Of a DNA stretch of 64,000 nt, positions 57,607 through 64,000 are shown piece by piece. The translations under genes were made by a program, and so were the position numbers. The stretch's first letter is position 1; each line of letters begins with the position of its first letter. The notes below the pieces were generated by a model that made no database searches, was not told the DNA's origin, and worked only from the letters and a program-made list of their open reading frames with translations. The DNA lies in assembly GCA_044892525.1 (NCBI GenBank), contig CM097885.1, positions 38,318,001 through 38,382,000 of the forward strand, given 5' to 3'. The stretch is from Schmidtea polychroa. Lineage: Eukaryota.

Positions 57607-58129
57607 TCTAATATATAAAGATGAAAGTTTGTTTGTTTGTTTGTTTTCTATAGAATTCCCCACCGTTGGACCTAGGGTGCTGAAATTTTGCATGTGACCC
57701 TCAATTGACTCGGGACAGGTCATACGCTATGTTTCACCCTTGGGTACCATTAGTCGGTTTTTTTGTCTGTCCGATAAGCAATTTACCATATAAATAATAA
57801 TTTATTATATGCTTGCTACTTCCAGTTGAAAGTAATATAATTTAGTCAAAATCTTTCAAAACAGAATTCAAACACGGAGAATTTGAATTTTATTTGATTA
57901 GTGAACCAGTTTGCAATTAGAAAAATATTTTTCGATTTAAATTGGAGTGCGTTTTCGATTTTACAAATTGAAATTTATTTTGAAAGCTTTTCTTATTGTG
58001 AATTAAACATGGAATTAAAGCTGTTATAAAATTAATACTGGAACGTAATAACATCATTAAACAAAAAATTAATTTAAATGAATTATTATAATAAATGTAA
58101 ACTCGGGCGAAGCCAGGTACAACAGCTAG
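57607..58129 (+). mobile_element. Non-autonomous Helitron
   Basis: Starts A|TCTAATATATAAA, has a (GTTT)n tract near the 5' end and a GC-rich 3' hairpin (ctcgggcgaagccaggt), and ends CTAG|T. It sits between A and T with no TSD. Confidence 0.8.
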
Positions 58130-59715
58130 TTATTTATAAAAAATATAATTTACAAATTTTATCTAAATCAAATTATTTAATTAGGTTTATTAAATATTAA
58201 AAGATAAAAAAAAGATAACAATAATTCCAAATGAAAAAGGTTTTAAAAAAATTAAAATTTAAAATAAAATATCTTACATATTTTTTAATTAAAAAAAATA
58301 ATATTTTTTTTTTCAATTTCAGATAGAAATTTTCATACGCAAATAAAATCAAAATATGTCTTATAAACTAATTAAATAATTAAATGCATTTTTTTAATTC
58401 AATTTTAAATTCATTTTGTCTCTAATAATTATTTTCCCTGCGGATGCTTTAAACAACCGAATTATTAAGGAAAATAACATTTTTCATAATTTATTATTTT
58501 ATTTTTAATTTTCATACAATAAATTAGAACTTTGAAATCCATGACAATAATGTTGTCAAGGAAATCTCGGAAATTAATAAATTAGATCACTGTTAGATTT
58601 GACAAAAATTTCCGATATTCTCCCAAAAAAATTAATCGGATTTTGAAAAATATTTAAAAAACGTATGAATAAAAAATTAGACAACCTATTCTAACACGAA
58701 ACGAAAAATTCCCATCATTAATTCCCATAATTTGAGATAAATTTACTGTAAACTAATGCAATACAAAGCTGATTCAGTAATTAAAGACAAAAATTTTCAT
58801 TTTTTAAAAGAAATTTCGAGACAATTAATATTCAGTGAGTGCGGCCGAAATTTTTTTTGTTAGCATCAGATGATGTAACAGATTACTTACTAACTAATGG
58901 CAGTAGTATTTGAAATAGAAAATGTTTTTGTTTTAATGAACAGAACAAATCGATAGAAATGTAGTAAATTTGAATCGGGAGACTATTGATTTTATTATAA
59001 ATTATTAGATTTTTAAAATTTTTGCATAAAAAGCACAGAAAATAATTGTTTACTTTAATTTAATGTTTTTCATTTTGTAGCCGAAATTTTCTATAAACTT
59101 TATTTGAAATTGTCATTAATTTCACTAATTATAATTATATGGCTAGCGACGAGTTTCGGAAATGATATAATTATAATTAGTAAAGAAAATAATGAAATAA
59201 AAGAAATGAAAACACTGGGTGTCATTATATAAAGCTTCTTAATATTGAAATAAATGTCATTTTTATGTTTATATTATTATCAATTTTAAAATACCATACG
59301 TCAAATGGTTCAATGTTCAAAAGAAGGATCTTGAAATCATGGAAGAAATGGAGGAATTAAACTGACCTTGGACAGGTGTATATTCTACATAATAATATTG
59401 TCTCCAAGTTGTGTTGTTTGTAATTTTTGTCTAATAGTGGATTTCAAATCTTGCTTAGATCGTGTTTATCAATTTAAATTTGATGAATGACTACTTGTGA
59501 TCTCCATAATGTTCGGGTCTTTCGGTATGTTAGGGATATATAAATAATTAATTTATAAATAAAATATATATTGTATTATAAGTGTCAAATATTGTATTAT
59601 AAGTATAATAAGTATAAATGCTGGCACGCATAATTGTCATTATTATTAAATTAATTAATTCGCCATTTAAATCGGTTGTTTTAATAATAGCAGATTTAGG
59701 CAACAATTTGTATTT

Positions 59716-59779
<64 letters not shown>

Positions 59780-59803
59780 GATAATTGAGTTTTTATTATT
59801 AAC

Positions 59804-60925
59804 ATGGCGACCCTGGCAATGATCAATAAAATGATCCCAGATATTTACGATGACAGCGTCGATATAGAAGTTTTTATTGGAGAATGCAAGAGGTATTTCC
59901 AATTATGTGGACTAGAACAATTCAGTCAAAGTATGATGATCAAATGTTTGATCGCAAGAGAGTTGTTGCCAATTTATGAAGCAATAGAAGAAAATGAAAT
60001 TTGTTTAGAAGACAGATTGAAAAAAACTTTCAAGAAGCCAACTACATTGATAGGGGATTTTCTAACCCTCTGCAATTATGAAAAGAACGGGGATACTGCT
60101 ACAGTATATTTCGACAAAATAGAAAAGATGGTTGACCAAGTTCTGAAGCACAAATGGGACAAGAAAGAATTAATGTCATATTTTTTGGTCCATTGTATCA
60201 AAGACAAGGATACACAGAAATAAATAAAAATGAGAGATGCGATGAGCGTCGACGAAATAAAAGGAGTGATAAAGAAGGTCCATGATATAAACATTGAAGT
60301 ATCCGGAATGTCTGTTTTGAATAGAAAGAAGGAAACGTTTGCGAGTACTGTCAAAACAAGACAAAGATTAGCCGATAGACAGAACCAAAGCAGACATTTT
60401 TCAAATTCCCAACGGAGTGAACAAAGATATGATTCAACACCGAGGATGAAAGCCGATAATTTCCAGAACAAATAACAACAAAGAGAAATGCCGGTTAGAA
60501 ACAGATCAGTTATTACATGTTGGAATTGGTAGGCGGTGGATCATATGAGTCGAGAATGTCGGAAACCAAGAGTACAGAAATGCTTCCAATGTTTTAAAGA
60601 AGGGCACCAATCCAGAGAGTGCAATCAGAGAGCACATAATGCAGAGATAAGATGTTTTGCGTGTAAAGATATTGGACACAACAGATGAGAATGCCCATCA
60701 ATATCGTGCTCAGGATGCGGTAGAAGAGGTCACTTACGATTTCAATGCTGGAATCAGACAAACAGATGAAGATACGCAGACGAGTGTGGACCACTGAGAC
60801 GGACACAGGTAGCCGCGTTTCAGACTGATCAAGCTGAGAACGACAAAAAGATGTCATGTCAAGATGAAGACTACCCAAACCAAGAAGCTCCATCGTTAGG
60901 CGAGATGATCAGAGCAATGAATTAA
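59804..60925 (+). pseudogene. Ty3/gypsy-like gag pseudogene with four CCHC zinc knuckles
   Basis: ORFs 59804-60223 and 60230-60475 share a frame. Reading through point stops gives CWNW*AVDHMSREC, CFQCFKEGHQSREC, CFACKDIGHNR*EC and CSGCGRRGHLRFQC. No protease, RT or integrase follows. Confidence 0.85.
59805..59818 (+). promoter_or_regulatory. tRNA primer-binding site (TGGCGACC.., tRNA-Arg type)
   Basis: TGGCGACCCTGGCA directly follows the LTR terminal CA. TGG pairs with tRNA CCA, and TGGCGACC is the Arg-type PBS of 412/mdg1-like Ty3/gypsy elements. Confidence 0.7.
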
Positions 60926-61340
60926 TGGGTAATAATGACGATTGTGTATACCAGTATAATTGTATTAGATATAAATATATTAATAGTATTAGTAGTAAAG
61001 TGAACAGTATAATTCCTTTTCTAAATAATGTAAATAATGTAGAAAATATTAATAATAACGTGAATAGTATAAAAAAAACTCAATTATCTAAAAATATATA
61101 TTTAAATACAAATTGTTGCCTAAATCTGCTATTATTGAAACAACCGATTTAAATGGCGAATTAATTAATTTAATAATAATGACAATTATGCGTGCCAGCA
61201 TTTATATACTTTTTACTATATAATAGTATTTGATACTTATAATACAATATATATTTTATTTATAAATTAATTATTTAAATATCCCTAATACGGTAAAAGC
61301 ATATTTTAGCAATTATTGATCTAACTCCAAACGTGTCTTG

Positions 61341-61342
<2 letters not shown>

Positions 61343-61388
<46 letters not shown>
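61343..61388. repeat. (TA)n microsatellite
   Basis: Direct inspection. Confidence 0.95.
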
Positions 61389-61416
<28 letters not shown>

Positions 61417-61947
61417 TGGCGGAATACTTTAACTTCTGCTTCACTTTCTTTAATCTCTGTGATATCTTTCGATTGTTACCCCGTCACATCATGATAAATT
61501 TCGAATTTACTGTTTCTCTAGTCCTTTAGTTTTCTCCAAATATTTTGCCTATTTTTCTTTTGTCTTTTCTTCCGTCCAACTCGATTTCTGTCTCTCCCTT
61601 TTATGGGATCTCATTTGGGGGCACTTGGAGATAACTTCAAGTTTTCAACTTTTACCTCCAGACAATAATGCGAATAATTTTTCTGTTATTTCAGAAAACT
61701 GTCAAGATATAAAATTCAACTTGATTCTGCATCTTATTTTCAACTTCCCATGTGATCCATTCGTTATTTCGATCTAGTTGTCAAGAAATAGAAATTTAAT
61801 TTCGATTTGGCTTTTTAGGATATATTCTAAGCATTTTTTAAATGGTTTAATTGTTATGTAAAATTATTAAATTTAAAAAAAATTGTTTATTTGAATTTTA
61901 AATTTTTAGTTGTTTAATTTTGAATCAACATGTTTAAAAATAAAATT

Positions 61948-62090
<143 letters not shown>

Positions 62091-62324
62091 TTATATATTA
62101 TTTAAGTTAAAAATTAATTTTCTTTGAAAAATATGTTTTAAATTAACTTCCTTTTAGCAAAAAATTCTAGATGTTAATTTTATTTAAAAATAATTTATCT
62201 GGAATAAAAAATACAATTAATGGAAAACTTATATTTGTAATGGATAAAATCATTTTATCAAGTGATTAATTATAAGAAACAGTTTTTGTAACACTAGTTT
62301 TATCACATATGTATAATAAATGTT

Positions 62325-62384
<60 letters not shown>

Positions 62385-64000
62385 GTAACGAAAATTAAGA
62401 AGTTAAAAAAATGAAATAAACGATGGAGAATTATTTAAAAAATCTTTATTTATTTTTTAAGTGTCAACTAAGTTTATTTTGAATCTTTTTTAGGGAAAAA
62501 TTTACAAAAGATCTGAATTTCATTCCTAACATAATGGGCAATGGGTACAAGAGAATAATTGGAGGATTAATTGTTGAATGACACTGATCAGAAATAGTTC
62601 ATATTTTCCGCGATAATAACTCAATCATATCAATCATTTCATCGCGAAATTAGACTCAATTTTTTCGTGGATTTGTAGTTGGTGATTAATTATTCCACTT
62701 TGAAAACTTTCTCCAGCATCTCTCTCTCTATTTCTCTTTCTCCATATATTTATGTATAATAATTAGATTCGTTTGAAAATGAAGGATAAAATCATTCTCC
62801 AATTCAACTGGTTTTTGAACATAACCCAGCCATTGTAGCGTAAAACGAATTTTGCCTGATCTTCCGCTATTGCAGTGGGCTATTCAACTGAAACAATACC
62901 CAAAGCTGATAAAGGGAAGTTTAACGGCAACAGTAATAACACTTGATCAATAGGTTGAACCACTTTGACAGCCGATTATGTGGCTTTGTCATTAATAAAT
63001 ATAAAGTCGTCTATTTTATATAAAAAAATTCTGAATAAAAGCTAATTCAGTGTTTGGAATATATATATATATATATACTACTGACAAATGTCCATGAAAA
63101 AATTCCCTAAAATTTTCGAAATTTTTATTGCCATAATTTTTTGCTCTATTAATTTGAGTTAAATAAATCGATTTTATTGAATCTTCCAACTTGTAAATGT
63201 GAGAATAAATTATCTTCCTTCCGGTGTAGACGGCGAAAATTTGAACATTCAATTAAAGGGGAAAAATTTCGGAAAATATTTCAATCATTTATCATAGCGA
63301 ACTCAGATTTCAACTTGGCGTGTTTTATCGGCATTTCTTTTTATTATTTAGAATTTTAGTTTTTTTTAAATTTATTGTTTATCCAATTTTCAATTTGAAT
63401 TTCTTAAGAAATTATAATCATTTTATAATATTCGTCAAACAATATTACTCACGGAATTTATCAGATCTGTGCGTCAGTTTGTTGTTCATTGTGTAATTAA
63501 TACAAAATTAAAATAAATTAGAATTTTGCAATAACATTTAGTTATAACCGACAACATGATAATTTCATTTTAACGTTATATGAATCATGCATAATTTGTC
63601 CAATCTAACAAAATATTTCTTTTAAAATTGTTATACTATGTTAAATATTGATAAATTAATTTAAATAAATGTTTACTAATATTCTCTAAAATTTATTAAT
63701 GTAATAATTATTATAATAAATGGGATAATCACGTAATTCCTTTATCCATTCCAGAGGTAACTTATATTTTTAAAAGAATTATTCTATTTCATTTTTACCC
63801 TATTCCTTTAATGCGAATATGAAAGATTGTAAATTAATGAAATAAATATTTATTTATAGCTTATCAATATAAGATTTATCCAATAACACTAGATTTATGG
63901 ACTGAGCCAATTGGATTCATTTAAAATTCTATTGCTACATATATATAATACTAATTTATTATTTTTTGAATACATATGTTGGTTTTTAGATACGTCATGA

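Larger units (their letters stand above)
59528..61290 (+). mobile_element. Gag-bearing LTR-retroelement derivative with inverted terminal LTR copies and a 5-bp TSD
   Basis: Left repeat TGTTAGG..TTAACA (59528-59804) is reverse-complementary to 61059-61290 (ends CCTAATA). CGGTA flanks both ends (59523-59527, 61291-61295). A PBS and gag lie inside. Confidence 0.9.

Noticed and set aside
59528..61290. Assignment as DIRS or Ginger
   Set aside because: The PBS, TG..CA ends and 5-bp TSD argue against DIRS. There is no integrase ORF and there is a gag plus PBS, which argues against plain Ginger.

Overview
Very AT-rich eukaryotic DNA with many (AAT)n/(TA)n tracts and very short introns. This resembles a planarian/flatworm genome, which is inference only. 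There is one clear host gene: a 7-cadherin-repeat protocadherin whose large exon lies at 32964-35738 (-) and ends at a GTAAGT donor. The rest is mostly mobile DNA. (1) A Polinton/Maverick-type protein-primed PolB gene can be assembled by hand into an intact 1236-aa CDS across six 41-50 nt GT-AG introns. All six are phase 1 and the ATG itself is created by splicing. It has a promoter, a poly(A) signal and a candidate AGTAGT-type terminus, but no integrase, capsid or ATPase is visible in the window. (2) A 1.76-kb element has TG..CA LTR, a tRNA PBS and a four-knuckle gag, but its second LTR is inverted, and the unit is flanked by a 5-bp TSD. (3) Penelope-like GIY-YIG relics carry minimal hammerhead ribozymes, and there is a family of fold-back palindromes. 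(4) There are hAT MITEs with 8-bp TSDs and a non-autonomous Helitron. All calls were made by eye; no searches were run.
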